A program made the position numbers and the translations under genes. Below, in pieces: positions 26,556-36,304 of a stretch of DNA of 64,000 nt. Source of the stretch: Victivallaceae bacterium (GTDB lineage Bacteria > Verrucomicrobiota > Lentisphaeria > Victivallales > Victivallaceae); NCBI GenBank assembly GCA_024405675.1, contig JAKSOH010000001.1:22748-86747 (forward strand). Reading direction: 5' to 3'. How positions within the stretch are numbered: the first letter of the stretch is position 1; every line of letters starts with the position of its first letter. The notes under the pieces were generated by a model. The model was given only the letters and a program-made list of their open reading frames with translations, was not told where the DNA came from and ran no database searches.

Positions 26556-28592
26556 ATGTATAGATTGCTTGCGTTTGCTTTCGCCGCGTTGCTGCTGGTT
26601 TCGTGTTCCAAGGATGCAAAACCGGTCGCACGCAAATGGCGGGACATATTGGCATCCGGAAAACTCGTGGTTCTGACGCTTCGCGGCAACGCAGACATCG
26701 AACCGTACCGGACCGAAAGGCTTGTTATTCAGAAATTCGCCGCCCAGCACAATCTTTCCGTGGAATATGTCACCGTCGAATCCGCACGCGAGTTGTTCGA
26801 CGATGCGGCGGCGCACAGGGCGGACATCGTCGCCTCCGGATTGTCCAAATGCCCCGAGCTGCAGACGAAGTATTTGACGAGCATCCCGTACAAGACAGAA
26901 AATTCCGCAATTTTTACCGCGACCGGATCCGACATCAGCGGAAACGGACCTCAGGCGCTTTACCGGCATGTTGGATGCGCCCAGAGGTTCTCTGCCAACT
27001 TGCGCGGACTGAAAGTGATGTCGCGGCAGGATTCCAGGATACTGTCGCCCACCGGTCTCGACGTGACGGCGCAGGAGCTTATTTCACGCGTTGCGTCCGG
27101 CGAGTTCGAATACGGGGTGGTAGACGAGAGTTATCTGAAGAACAGCGCCAATCCTGACGCCGTACGGGTGCTTTTCCTGTATCCGGCGAAGCTCGACCAT
27201 GTGCTGGCCGTTCCGTTCGGTGGCGAGGAGATGCTGACGTTGCTTAACCGGGCCATTGGAATGATGGTTTCGGTTGACGACATGGTTTCGGAAGTCGGGG
27301 ATCTCGACGTCATCCAGTCCCGCGGTTTCATACGTATGCTTACTCTCAACAATCCGTTCTGCTGCTATCTACGCCAGGGGACGACCCACGGATTCGAGTA
27401 CGAGTTGATGCAGAAATTCGCCGCGAAATTCAACATAAAGGTCGTGACGGTGATTCCACCATCGTCCGCCGATCTTACCGAATATCTGAAGGATGCTCGC
27501 GGCGACATCATCGCCGCGAACTTCACCATTACCAAGGCGCGCGCCGCTGAAAATCCGTCGCTGGTTTTTTGCAGTCCGTACACCGGAGCCACCGAGGTGT
27601 TCGTCGGTCCGCGTGGATGCGCCGCTAGGAAAATCGACGACCTAGTAGGACATTGCGTGTGGGTCAGGCGTGGAAGCAGCTACGATGAAACGTTGCGCGA
27701 TTTGCGAGACGGAGGAAAGGACATCATAATCCGCTATGTGCCGGACGGAATGCACACTACGCGTATTATCGAGAGAGTGGCCGCCGGGGAATACGAATAT
27801 ACGCTGGCCGACGACATCTTCGTCCAGCTGGCCATCAACAGCGGCAGCCGCGTTGACAAGCTGTTCCCGTCTGGAACTGTCCATCCGTATGGCTGGATGG
27901 CGAGAAAAACGGATACGAAGCTAATCGCAGCCGTCAATGAATTCTTTACAAGCGAAACCACCAAGACGCTGGTCGACGAACTCAGAAACAAGTTTCTCTC
28001 TACGTATGCGCCATCGGAAATCGGAAACTGGACGCGGGTTGAGTCGGAGGCTCGGATTTCGCCGTATGACGACTTGTTCCGCAAATACGCCAAAGAATAC
28101 GGGCTCGAATGGTATTGCGTGGCGGCGGTCGCCTACAAGGAAAGCAAATTCAATCCGGACGCAATCGGTTCCGGCGATGCCTCCGGAATCATGATGGTCC
28201 CACCTGAAATCGTCGCCAAGTATGGTTTTAAGAATGCGACATCGCCAGAGGACAGCATCAAGATAGGAACGATGCATTTGGCCAAACTGTACGAACGTTT
28301 CGCCGACGTGCCGATACTCTACGACCGCGCCTGTTTCACGCTGGCCAGCTGGAACGCAGGATACGGACATCTGATGGACGCCAGGTTGCTGGCCAAGAAA
28401 AAGGGATTGAATCCCAACTCCTGGAACGACGTGAAGAAGACGTTCCCGTTGCTGGCCGAGTCGGAATATTCGAAGCAGGCTACGCACGGATACTGCAACG
28501 CAGCTGAGGTTATCGCATACGTCCACGACGTGATGGAGCAGCTCGCGGCGTACAACTACATCGTCGATGGATCGGAGTCCGTCGCCAAGTAG
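26556..28592 (+). CDS. MltF-like membrane-bound lytic transglycosylase: two tandem SBP_bac_3 domains + C-terminal SLT domain, lipoprotein
   Basis: ATG 26556 (GGAGGA upstream). Lipobox LLVSC. Two periplasmic-binding-protein-like modules. SLT catalytic region AVAYKESKFNPDAIGSGDASGIMMV. The ORF-track 5' extension (26049-26555) is antisense to hrpB. Confidence 0.8.
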   Translation: MYRLLAFAFAALLLVSCSKDAKPVARKWRDILASGKLVVLTLRGNADIEPYRTERLVIQKFAAQHNLSVEYVTVESARELFDDAAAHRADIVASGLSKCPELQTKYLTSIPYKTENSAIFTATGSDISGNGPQALYRHVGCAQRFSANLRGLKVMSRQDSRILSPTGLDVTAQELISRVASGEFEYGVVDESYLKNSANPDAVRVLFLYPAKLDHVLAVPFGGEEMLTLLNRAIGMMVSVDDMVSEVGDLDVIQSRGFIRMLTLNNPFCCYLRQGTTHGFEYELMQKFAAKFNIKVVTVIPPSSADLTEYLKDARGDIIAANFTITKARAAENPSLVFCSPYTGATEVFVGPRGCAARKIDDLVGHCVWVRRGSSYDETLRDLRDGGKDIIIRYVPDGMHTTRIIERVAAGEYEYTLADDIFVQLAINSGSRVDKLFPSGTVHPYGWMARKTDTKLIAAVNEFFTSETTKTLVDELRNKFLSTYAPSEIGNWTRVESEARISPYDDLFRKYAKEYGLEWYCVAAVAYKESKFNPDAIGSGDASGIMMVPPEIVAKYGFKNATSPEDSIKIGTMHLAKLYERFADVPILYDRACFTLASWNAGYGHLMDARLLAKKKGLNPNSWNDVKKTFPLLAESEYSKQATHGYCNAAEVIAYVHDVMEQLAAYNYIVDGSESVAK

Positions 28593-28594
28593 TT

Positions 28595-29929
28595 CTACTT
28601 TCCGCGATGACGTCTCATGGCGATCAGGTAGGGGACGCCCAACACGGCGACGCTGACGGCCCATGATATCGCGTCTCCAAGGCATACGCCGCCGAATCCG
28701 AAGAACCTTCCGAGGAGAACCGTCATTCCTGACCTGACGATGAGATCGCTGATTCCGGATATTAGCGGAACCAGCGCATAATTCATGCCTTGTAGCGCGC
28801 CGCGTAGCAAGAACGAGAGTCCGAGAAAAGAAAACAGCGGGACTCTAATTCGCATGAACTGGCCGATCAGCGGAATGAGCACCGCGGCGCTTTCCTTGCC
28901 CACGTACAGCGCGGCGATTTCCTCATACCAGGTTATGATTGCCGCGCCGCCGGTCACGCATATGCCGACGATGAAAAGCAGCGACTGGTTGAATCCGGTT
29001 CGTATGCGGTCGAACTTGCCCGCTCCGTAGTTCTGCGCCGCGAATGCGCATAACGTCGCCGATCCGGCGTAGATGAAAGTCGTGCAGAGCTGATCGACAT
29101 GGCATGCAGTGGTGAATGCCGCCGTCGCCACCGGACCAAGCCGGTTGACCGCGCCCTGCATGACGACGCAACTGACGGCTATGAGTTCGCATTGGAAGGC
29201 CATCGGCACGCCGAGCCTAATATGGGTCCAGACGTCGGATTGTCCTATTTTCCAGTCCGCCCGCGACATTCTGAACTGCGGGTATCTGACCACGGCATAT
29301 ATGCATGAGCTGATGCAGACAGCGAATTGCGAAAGCGTCGTCGCGGCTGCAACGCCTTTCACGCCGAGGCCGAGCGAGGTCACGAACCAAATGTCGAGGC
29401 CGATGTTCAGCAACGACGACAGTAGCAGAAACCACATCGGCGTCCGGCTATCGCCCAGGGCGCGGAGCTGGCTGGAGACGATGCTGTAGACGGCGGTGGC
29501 CGGAATGCCTGCGAAAATGATGGTTATGTAGCTTTTCGCCATTGCGAAGAGGTCGTCATGTATCTTTATGAGCCGCAGCAATGGATCGGCAAAGCTGAGC
29601 GCCGCGAGCGAGATCATGATGGAAACCGTCGTGGCCAGGACGAATCCGGTGGCGATGGACCTCCTCACGCCAAGTTCGTCATTGGCTCCGAAACGCTGGC
29701 CGGTGACGATGGAAAGTCCCTGGCCGAATGAACCGCAGAACCATAGTATGGCGAAGCTCAGCACGCTTGCTCCGCCGATCGCCCCCAGCGCCTGCCATCC
29801 GACGAAGCGACCGACGATGATGGTGTCGGATACCGAATATACCTGTTGCAGCAGGTTTCCGCCCACGACCGGCAGGTAGAACAAAAGCATGTGCCGCGCC
29901 GGGCTGCCGGTTGTCATATTCCTGAGCAT
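28595..29929 (-). CDS. MATE/MOP-superfamily transporter (efflux pump or flippase)
   Basis: 444 aa with 12 predicted TM helices. MATE-like N-terminus (LLFYLPVVGGNLLQQVYSVSDTIIVGRFVG). Confidence 0.85.
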   Translation of the reverse strand: MLRNMTTGSPARHMLLFYLPVVGGNLLQQVYSVSDTIIVGRFVGWQALGAIGGASVLSFAILWFCGSFGQGLSIVTGQRFGANDELGVRRSIATGFVLATTVSIMISLAALSFADPLLRLIKIHDDLFAMAKSYITIIFAGIPATAVYSIVSSQLRALGDSRTPMWFLLLSSLLNIGLDIWFVTSLGLGVKGVAAATTLSQFAVCISSCIYAVVRYPQFRMSRADWKIGQSDVWTHIRLGVPMAFQCELIAVSCVVMQGAVNRLGPVATAAFTTACHVDQLCTTFIYAGSATLCAFAAQNYGAGKFDRIRTGFNQSLLFIVGICVTGGAAIITWYEEIAALYVGKESAAVLIPLIGQFMRIRVPLFSFLGLSFLLRGALQGMNYALVPLISGISDLIVRSGMTVLLGRFFGFGGVCLGDAISWAVSVAVLGVPYLIAMRRHRGK

Positions 29930-29960
29930 GATTGGAGGAGGTAGTGTGCGTTTACGTCCG

Positions 29961-31463
29961 TCAGTTGGTCCGCGTTTCTTCCGGTTTCGTCAAGCCCATG
30001 TCGTGGTTGACATCGCGGACGAACCTGTTGAGCCAGTCGACCGTGAACGACCGTTCTGGAGTGACCTGAGGACAATCTGCCGCTGGGTTCCATCCGGATG
30101 TTCCGCCCACGGAGAGCATGGTGTGGTGGTTGTGTGAATTTACCATCTGCCCCCAGGTGGTTTGGAGAATGCCCAGGCAACCTGCTTCCTTTGCCTTCCT
30201 TCCCAGAGCCGTCGTCGTGTCGTACATCCAGGCGCTGCATATCACGTCGAAGCCATCTTTGCGCGCCACGTCCACAATCGGGAACCCGTCGACGCCCTTT
30301 TCGGGGGCCCTGTAGGGATGCTTTGCAAAACGATATTCCCAGTAGCACAGGACGATGTCCCGCGGCATCAGCGAACGGAGTCCCTCCAGTTTCTCGCTGC
30401 CGTTCGCCGTCGACCCCAGCCAGGCCGGATCGTCTGCCTTGAACAGCATGTCGTGCCACATGAGCGCGCGCATGCCGCGCGCCTTGAGTACGTCGCTCAC
30501 ATGGCGAAAGTGGTCGGCGATTTTCCGCTTGTAGTCCCCCTGGCGGCAAAGCGAGCAGCTACCGGCGTTGTACGCCTCGTCGCCGCCGATGCTGAAGTAC
30601 GGCGGGTTTTCAAAGGCGTCGGCAAGTTCCGCCAGTAGGTCGTCGATGAATTTCACTGCATGCGGATTGGAGATGCACCAGGTCCATCCGGACGGCTCGA
30701 AGAGCGGCGCCAGTTCGGGATGGCTGTCCAGCAGGGCGTGTGTCCCGCTTCCAATTCCCCCGAAACCGGTGTGTCCAAACACCGGAATCGCCGGAACGAG
30801 CGTTATTCCGTTCTCCCGTCCGATCTTGACCAGGCGCTTGATTTCCTTCTCGTCAAGCATGCCGTCGAAACAGTACTCGGGATGGCTCTTGAACTTGTAC
30901 GTTCCGCAAGGTTCAAGCACGAAGTAGTTGTACTTGAAGTAGGCGGCGAGACGAATCGCCCGTTCCAGTTGATATGGCTTGCAGTTGCGTGTGTGGAGGA
31001 AATGCAGTCCGCGGAACTTCATCTCCGGGTAGTCGTCGATCCTGACATGCGGTATCACGAATCCGGTGCCGGAGGCGGTCCCGCGCTCCGGTTCGGCGAG
31101 TTGGCGCATGCTCCTCATGGCGTTCAGGATGCCGCGCATGTCCCTGGCTGTTATGATCACCTTTCCCTGTGTCGTGTCCAGCTGGTATCCTTCATCGGCG
31201 ACGTTATCGCCTCCCTCGGACACGGCGACCCTGGCCTTCGCGTTCCACCAGGAACCGAAGGTTTTTTCGACAGCCTTCTTCGCGTCATCCGTCTTTTCCT
31301 TTGTGAACACGCTGACTTCCGGATTGCGCATGTCCAGGCAGGCTGCGTCAATGATTTCTATCTTGTGCGGAACCGGGGCGAGACGGCTTGCTATGTCGTC
31401 AAATTCACCTGCTGATATGACGGCCGCAACAAGCGCCAGCAATGAAGAAAATAATTTTTTCAT
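29961..31463 (-). CDS. glycoside hydrolase family 20 (beta-N-acetylhexosaminidase-like), exported
   Basis: Signal peptide. (beta/alpha)8 start FRGLHFLHTRN. Catalytic-region motif FSIGGDEAY (GH20 D-E pair). WHDM and W..W motifs downstream. Confidence 0.75.
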   Translation of the reverse strand: MKKLFSSLLALVAAVISAGEFDDIASRLAPVPHKIEIIDAACLDMRNPEVSVFTKEKTDDAKKAVEKTFGSWWNAKARVAVSEGGDNVADEGYQLDTTQGKVIITARDMRGILNAMRSMRQLAEPERGTASGTGFVIPHVRIDDYPEMKFRGLHFLHTRNCKPYQLERAIRLAAYFKYNYFVLEPCGTYKFKSHPEYCFDGMLDEKEIKRLVKIGRENGITLVPAIPVFGHTGFGGIGSGTHALLDSHPELAPLFEPSGWTWCISNPHAVKFIDDLLAELADAFENPPYFSIGGDEAYNAGSCSLCRQGDYKRKIADHFRHVSDVLKARGMRALMWHDMLFKADDPAWLGSTANGSEKLEGLRSLMPRDIVLCYWEYRFAKHPYRAPEKGVDGFPIVDVARKDGFDVICSAWMYDTTTALGRKAKEAGCLGILQTTWGQMVNSHNHHTMLSVGGTSGWNPAADCPQVTPERSFTVDWLNRFVRDVNHDMGLTKPEETRTN

Positions 31464-31486
31464 GAGGTTTTTTCCTTGTTGTTATG

Positions 31487-33748
31487 TTACGGCAACAAAC
31501 CGTTGATTTTCATCCAACTAGTCATCGCGTCGGCCCAGGGCAATGCATTCTTGTACGGATACACATCCTTCAATCCCTGGCCGTGCCTGCCGTTCTGGTA
31601 GATATGCAGCTCGCACGGCACGTTGTTCCTGCGCAGCGCGGAGTAGAAGGCGATGCTGTTGTCCGGTGGCACGGCCTGGTCCATCGAGGTGTGCCAGATG
31701 AAGCATTTAGGGGTTTTTTCCGTGACGTTGAGATCGGCCGACATCTTCGCCGCTTCCGCGTTGTCGACATCGCCAAGCAGCATCTTGCGCGATCCCTCGT
31801 GTGTTAGCGGCGGCGTCATTGAGATGACCGGATAGCAAAGCATTCCAAAGTCCGGACGTGAACTTTCCCGCTCGACGGAATCCGCGTCATCCGGTCGTCC
31901 GGCATCGCAGTTAGTCATCAGCGTGGCCGCCAGATGTCCGCCGGCCGACGAACCCATGACGCCGACGCAATCCGGTCTTATGCCGTATTTGCCGGCCATG
32001 GCCCTGATCGTGCGCATGGCGCGCGTCGCGTCGAGAAGCATCGCCGGATGGCGGTAGCCGTCCGAGCCGAGACGATATTTGAGAACGAACGCGGTGACGC
32101 CGTGGAGCGCCAGGTACTTCGCTAACTCCGGACCTTCGTGCCTGGCCAGCATCCGGTATCCGCCGCCAGGCAGTACCAGAACGGCGGTTCCGTTTGGTTC
32201 AGCCGGAACAAATGGCGTCAGCGTCGGGATGTCGGCGTCGTTTGCTCCCCTGGCCAGCGGCGCGTCGCCTTGCCACAGCCTCACGGCCGGTTCCTCGCGC
32301 ACCAAGTTTTTCTCTCCATCGAAAATGCCAAACATGATCGATCTCTCCTTTTCTTTGCCCAACAGCGACTTGAACTTGAACTTCCTTTTTTCTAGCTTGA
32401 CCTTGCGCCCGGTCCATTGTTCGAACTGGCGGAAGTCCTCCGCGTTGCCGATCAGCAGCGCGCCGTCTCTCAGTATGACGTCCTTGTGGAGATTCCATGA
32501 GGTTATGTCCTTGGATTCGCAGGCCGGAATCCTTTCCGGAGTGTAGTTTTCGATCACGCAGGCGAACCACCGCGTTCCGACCACCGCGGGGACTTTTTCC
32601 CCGGGCCGGACGCTGTTCCAGTATTCGATGGCCGGTTGCACGATTGCCATCGGCTCGGTGTGGAGTCGGTAGCTGGTCCGGTACAGCAGGTCCAGCGTGG
32701 TGCCGATGACCATTGCCGCGGTAAACGCGAGAAGCCAGATGAACATCCGGTGGAACATGCCGCGGTCGATCTCGAACGGCCACATCGCCACCATCGCGAT
32801 TCCGGTCCACGATGCCATGGTACAGAACCAGAGCATGACCACGGCGTTTCCGGTCATCGTCAGGATGATCAGGGCCAGTGGCGGGACGATGCTGACAACA
32901 AGCGAAGGAACTAGGAATACTGTACCCTCTTGGGTGCGCTTTGCGGACTTTCTCGCCGGAAGCCAGGCGAGCACCAGGGCGAGAAGCTCCATTGCGAACG
33001 GATAGAGCGCGGTCCCCGTCGATACGAACGGCTGGTCCCATGTCCAGTCGTTTTCAACGCGTCCTGTGCCGTGGCCGAAGCATATGAAGTCGTTACCGGC
33101 GAGCCATACGACGTGAGGCGATATCGTGATTGCGAAGACCGCCATCGCGAGATACGGACCGGATGTCGCGAGCTTCCTGCGCGCGTCGCGATTGGATAAG
33201 AATGCGATGGCGAACGCCAGCATGAAGAGTCCGAAGCTGTATTTGTTGAGGATGCCGAGCCCGGACGCAAGTCCGAATGCCGCCCATCTCAACGGGTTGT
33301 CGGTCGTCACCGCCGTGTAGAGAAAATAGGCGGCGGCCGGGGCCAGTGCCATCTCGACGAAGTAGGTCGAGAACTTCATGTCGCTCGGCGTGTAGTAGTG
33401 CAGGAAGTACAGTAGCATCGCCGCGACCGCCGACCGGTATTCGTCCCAGCGTTGTCGCGCCAGCGCGTAGACAAAGAGCACACCGGAGACGATGCAGACC
33501 TGGCAGAGCATGTACATGCTCCAGTCGGCATATCCGGATGCCGCGGAGACGAGGTAGCCTATCCAGCCGGAAAGAGGTGGGTGCTTGGCATGACCGAGAG
33601 CCATCTGGGCTCCCCACATGATGGTCTCGAGAATATCCATGCCGAGCACGTTCTGAAGCAGTGAGCATTGCAACGTCCAGACCAGCATGGAAGCCGCCAT
33701 GTAGATGAGCAGGACGGCCAACGGGCTAATGTGCTTTTCTGATTTCAT
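31487..33748 (-). CDS. fusion protein: GT-C (ArnT/PMT_2-like) membrane glycosyltransferase + C-terminal alpha/beta-hydrolase carbohydrate esterase
   Basis: First ATG at 33748. N-terminal ~480 aa are polytopic, with LETIMWG...HAKHPPLSGWIGY in loop 1. C-terminal ~270 aa have esterase motifs VLPGGGY (oxyanion HGGG-type), GSSAGGH (nucleophile elbow GxSxG) and a late D/H (MDQAVP, GRHGQG). Confidence 0.75.
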   Translation of the reverse strand: MKSEKHISPLAVLLIYMAASMLVWTLQCSLLQNVLGMDILETIMWGAQMALGHAKHPPLSGWIGYLVSAASGYADWSMYMLCQVCIVSGVLFVYALARQRWDEYRSAVAAMLLYFLHYYTPSDMKFSTYFVEMALAPAAAYFLYTAVTTDNPLRWAAFGLASGLGILNKYSFGLFMLAFAIAFLSNRDARRKLATSGPYLAMAVFAITISPHVVWLAGNDFICFGHGTGRVENDWTWDQPFVSTGTALYPFAMELLALVLAWLPARKSAKRTQEGTVFLVPSLVVSIVPPLALIILTMTGNAVVMLWFCTMASWTGIAMVAMWPFEIDRGMFHRMFIWLLAFTAAMVIGTTLDLLYRTSYRLHTEPMAIVQPAIEYWNSVRPGEKVPAVVGTRWFACVIENYTPERIPACESKDITSWNLHKDVILRDGALLIGNAEDFRQFEQWTGRKVKLEKRKFKFKSLLGKEKERSIMFGIFDGEKNLVREEPAVRLWQGDAPLARGANDADIPTLTPFVPAEPNGTAVLVLPGGGYRMLARHEGPELAKYLALHGVTAFVLKYRLGSDGYRHPAMLLDATRAMRTIRAMAGKYGIRPDCVGVMGSSAGGHLAATLMTNCDAGRPDDADSVERESSRPDFGMLCYPVISMTPPLTHEGSRKMLLGDVDNAEAAKMSADLNVTEKTPKCFIWHTSMDQAVPPDNSIAFYSALRRNNVPCELHIYQNGRHGQGLKDVYPYKNALPWADAMTSWMKINGLLP

Positions 33749-35456
33749 ATGGTTTCTTCCTGCTTTCAAAACCTGGTTTCTTGCTCTCTAGTTCTCTTTC
33801 CCTGGCCGACGGAAAGTAGGCGACGTGGAAGCTTCGCCTCTTCATCGGGCCGAGAAGCGATTTGTATGAATACACGCGCTTTTCCCACGTCACCGGGTAG
33901 TTGACGTGGGGATAGAACTCCAATGTATTTTCCGGATCTCCCAACATGATTGCGCCGTGCTCGAGGATGTCATCGCCGTAGAGTTTCCAGGTGATCTCGT
34001 CTTCGGTATCGTATCCGCGGATTGCGCCCTTGGAATAGTTTTCCATCAACTGCGCGTACCAGCGGTTGGCAATGGCATATCGAGGCATCTCGCCCGGGCG
34101 GAATTTGTGCCAGTGATCGAGGACGATGTCCTTGATTACCTCGGGATTGGAATGGAGCCGGGGGGCCGTGGCTAGCGCCGTGTATGCGGTTTGGGCGATG
34201 TAGAGGAGCATCGTGAACCCCACGAGCAACCACCAGACGGTCCGGAAGAACTTGCGTCCGACGGCATACGACGCCGGCAACGCCGCCAGCAGGAAAGCCC
34301 CGCTAAGGCTTTCCATGGTGGAGAACCACTTCATTATCACCTCGCTGCCTGCCGCCGCCATGGCGATCAGTGCGAGTTTCGGTATTCCGGTGACGCACAG
34401 GGCGCCACAGAACAATGCCGGGCAGCCAATCCAGTGCGGAAAGTTGTTTCGCCGTTTGGAAGCGATTCGCTTTTTCAACCAAAACCTTTTCGAAAACAGT
34501 TTTTTCCACTGCATGCGGGGAAAGTTGTTCCGCCAGTCTGCCACGATTTCCTTTTTCGACCACATTCTTTTTGAAAACAAACTTTCTCCGGTTTCCCTTC
34601 GGCCTAGAAACCATGTTATCAGGAGCACCCCGCCCATGAGTAGCAATGGATACACCGCGGTTCCGAATGCCACGAACGGCGTGGTCCAGTCATGTTTCTC
34701 ATGCATCCTGATGTTGACGTGGCCAAGGCAGCAGAAGTCGTTTTCCGTCAGCCATTCGACGTGTGGGAAGATCACCGCGGTGAACACAATCAAGGCGAGC
34801 CACGGCCCGGGGGTCAGGAGTTTCCCGCGGCGTTTCGCGTCGATCAGCATGTAGACGGCGGCTCCGGCCAGGAATAGGCCGAAACTGTATTTGTTCAGCA
34901 TGCCCAGTCCGGAGACGAATCCGAATATCAGCCATCTCCAGAACTCGCCGAGCTTTTCCGTCCGGGTGGTTGCGCGCCATGCCGCGTCTTGCGATGCGGC
35001 AGAGAAGAAGAGGAGGAACGCGATGGGGAACAACGCTATCTCCGCATCGTACGTGGAAAATCGCATCCACCCGGGGTTGTAGGAGTCGAATAGAAAGTAG
35101 AGCAGCATCGCTCCTGTGGCCGATTTGTGGCGATCCCAGAACTGCCGCATTGTCAGATAGCTGAACGACACCCCGCAGATCAGGCATAGCTGGCAGAGCA
35201 GGTAGCTCCCCCAGTCGGAATACCCGGAGAGGACGGCCGCCGCATGGCCGATCCATCCGGAAAGCGGCGGGTGCTGCCAGTGGCCCCAGGTTTTCTGGGC
35301 CCCCCATGTGATGGTTTCCAACGCGTCGCCCCCGAGTACGTTCTGCAGTACGCAGCACTGCAGCGTCCACAGTATGGCGGACAACGCCATGTAGACGAAC
35401 ATCGCTCGCACCGGATTTCCGAAGAGCCACTCGTCGACACGGCCGTTCGATTTCAT
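33726..35456 (-). CDS. GT-C (ArnT/PMT_2-like) membrane glycosyltransferase, paralogue of the downstream fusion gene
   Basis: First ATG at 35456 (AAGGA upstream). Shares LETITWG...HWQHPPLSGWIGH and the periplasmic C-terminal domain with 31487-33748, but lacks the esterase. Its end overlaps the next gene by 23 nt. Confidence 0.75.
   Translation of the reverse strand: MKSNGRVDEWLFGNPVRAMFVYMALSAILWTLQCCVLQNVLGGDALETITWGAQKTWGHWQHPPLSGWIGHAAAVLSGYSDWGSYLLCQLCLICGVSFSYLTMRQFWDRHKSATGAMLLYFLFDSYNPGWMRFSTYDAEIALFPIAFLLFFSAASQDAAWRATTRTEKLGEFWRWLIFGFVSGLGMLNKYSFGLFLAGAAVYMLIDAKRRGKLLTPGPWLALIVFTAVIFPHVEWLTENDFCCLGHVNIRMHEKHDWTTPFVAFGTAVYPLLLMGGVLLITWFLGRRETGESLFSKRMWSKKEIVADWRNNFPRMQWKKLFSKRFWLKKRIASKRRNNFPHWIGCPALFCGALCVTGIPKLALIAMAAAGSEVIMKWFSTMESLSGAFLLAALPASYAVGRKFFRTVWWLLVGFTMLLYIAQTAYTALATAPRLHSNPEVIKDIVLDHWHKFRPGEMPRYAIANRWYAQLMENYSKGAIRGYDTEDEITWKLYGDDILEHGAIMLGDPENTLEFYPHVNYPVTWEKRVYSYKSLLGPMKRRSFHVAYFPSARERELESKKPGFESRKKPYEIRKAH
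34438..34580 (-). repeat. imperfect 81-nt (27-codon) tandem duplication inside the GT-C paralogue
   Basis: GGAAAGTTGTTtCGCC...CTTTTTCaACCA...GAAAACA at 34438-34499 recurs at 34519-34580. It encodes LFSKRMWSKKEIVADWRNNFP and LFSKRFWLKKRIASKRRNNFP in a basic loop. Confidence 0.8.
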
Positions 35457-35539
35457 TTTCCGTCCTTTCAATTGCCTGATTGCACGCTATCGTTTAAACT
35501 AGCATTTTCATGACGTCAAGTAAATTGCGAATCGGGATT

Positions 35540-36304
35540 TCATCCGGTGTATCCGGGGATGAAGCAAATGGTTCGCGTTTCGCCGTCCCCGACTATCTTG
35601 CACCGGCATCCGTAAGCGCTTCCCAGGTTTTCGGGCGAGAGCGTTTCCGTCGTTGCTCCGGATGCAACCACCTTTCCGTTCCCGATGAGAACCGCGTTTT
35701 CGGCGTATCGCATGGCCAACTGCAGATCGTGCGTCACAACGACGACCGACTTTGTTTTTGCGAGCAGGGACAGTGATTCCATGGTGTCCATGGCCCTGGC
35801 GACGTCCATGCTGGCGGTCGGTTCGTCTAGAAGCAGTATCTTTGTATTCTGCGCTACCACGGTCGCCAGCATGACGCGCTGACGCTCGCCCCCGGAAAGT
35901 TCCGCTAACGTCCGTCCGACCAGCCGGTCCACGTCGAACATTCGCATGGCGCGTTCCACGATTCCATCGTCGCACTTCCCGGGCGATGCGAACGCCGACA
36001 TCCATGCGTTCCGGCCAAGCATCACTGTTTCGCGCACTCCAAGCGCCGCCGTGTTTTGTTCCTGCGGCAGATACGATACCAGCTTCGCCCGGCGTTCTTT
36101 TACCATGCCGCCTGCGCCGTCGATTATTATTTCGCCGGCTGACGGCTTTAGAATTCCGGCGGCCAGTCTAAGCAGCGTGCTCTTGCCGGATCCGTTCGGT
36201 CCTACTATGGTTGAAAGTCCGTGTCCAGTAACCGAAAACGACACGTCAGAAAGTACGCGGTTTTTTCCGTATTCAAAGAAAAGATGATTGAATTCGATTT
36301 TCAT
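35540..36304 (-). CDS. btuD: ABC transporter ATP-binding protein, iron-siderophore/cobalamin (FepC/BtuD) type
   Basis: Real start is ATG 36304, overlapping the permease stop (ATGA). Walker A GPNGSGKST, signature LSGGERQR, Walker B LLLDEPT. The tracked 445-aa ORF has a spurious Arg-rich extension. Confidence 0.85.
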   Translation of the reverse strand: MKIEFNHLFFEYGKNRVLSDVSFSVTGHGLSTIVGPNGSGKSTLLRLAAGILKPSAGEIIIDGAGGMVKERRAKLVSYLPQEQNTAALGVRETVMLGRNAWMSAFASPGKCDDGIVERAMRMFDVDRLVGRTLAELSGGERQRVMLATVVAQNTKILLLDEPTASMDVARAMDTMESLSLLAKTKSVVVVTHDLQLAMRYAENAVLIGNGKVVASGATTETLSPENLGSAYGCRCKIVGDGETRTICFIPGYTG

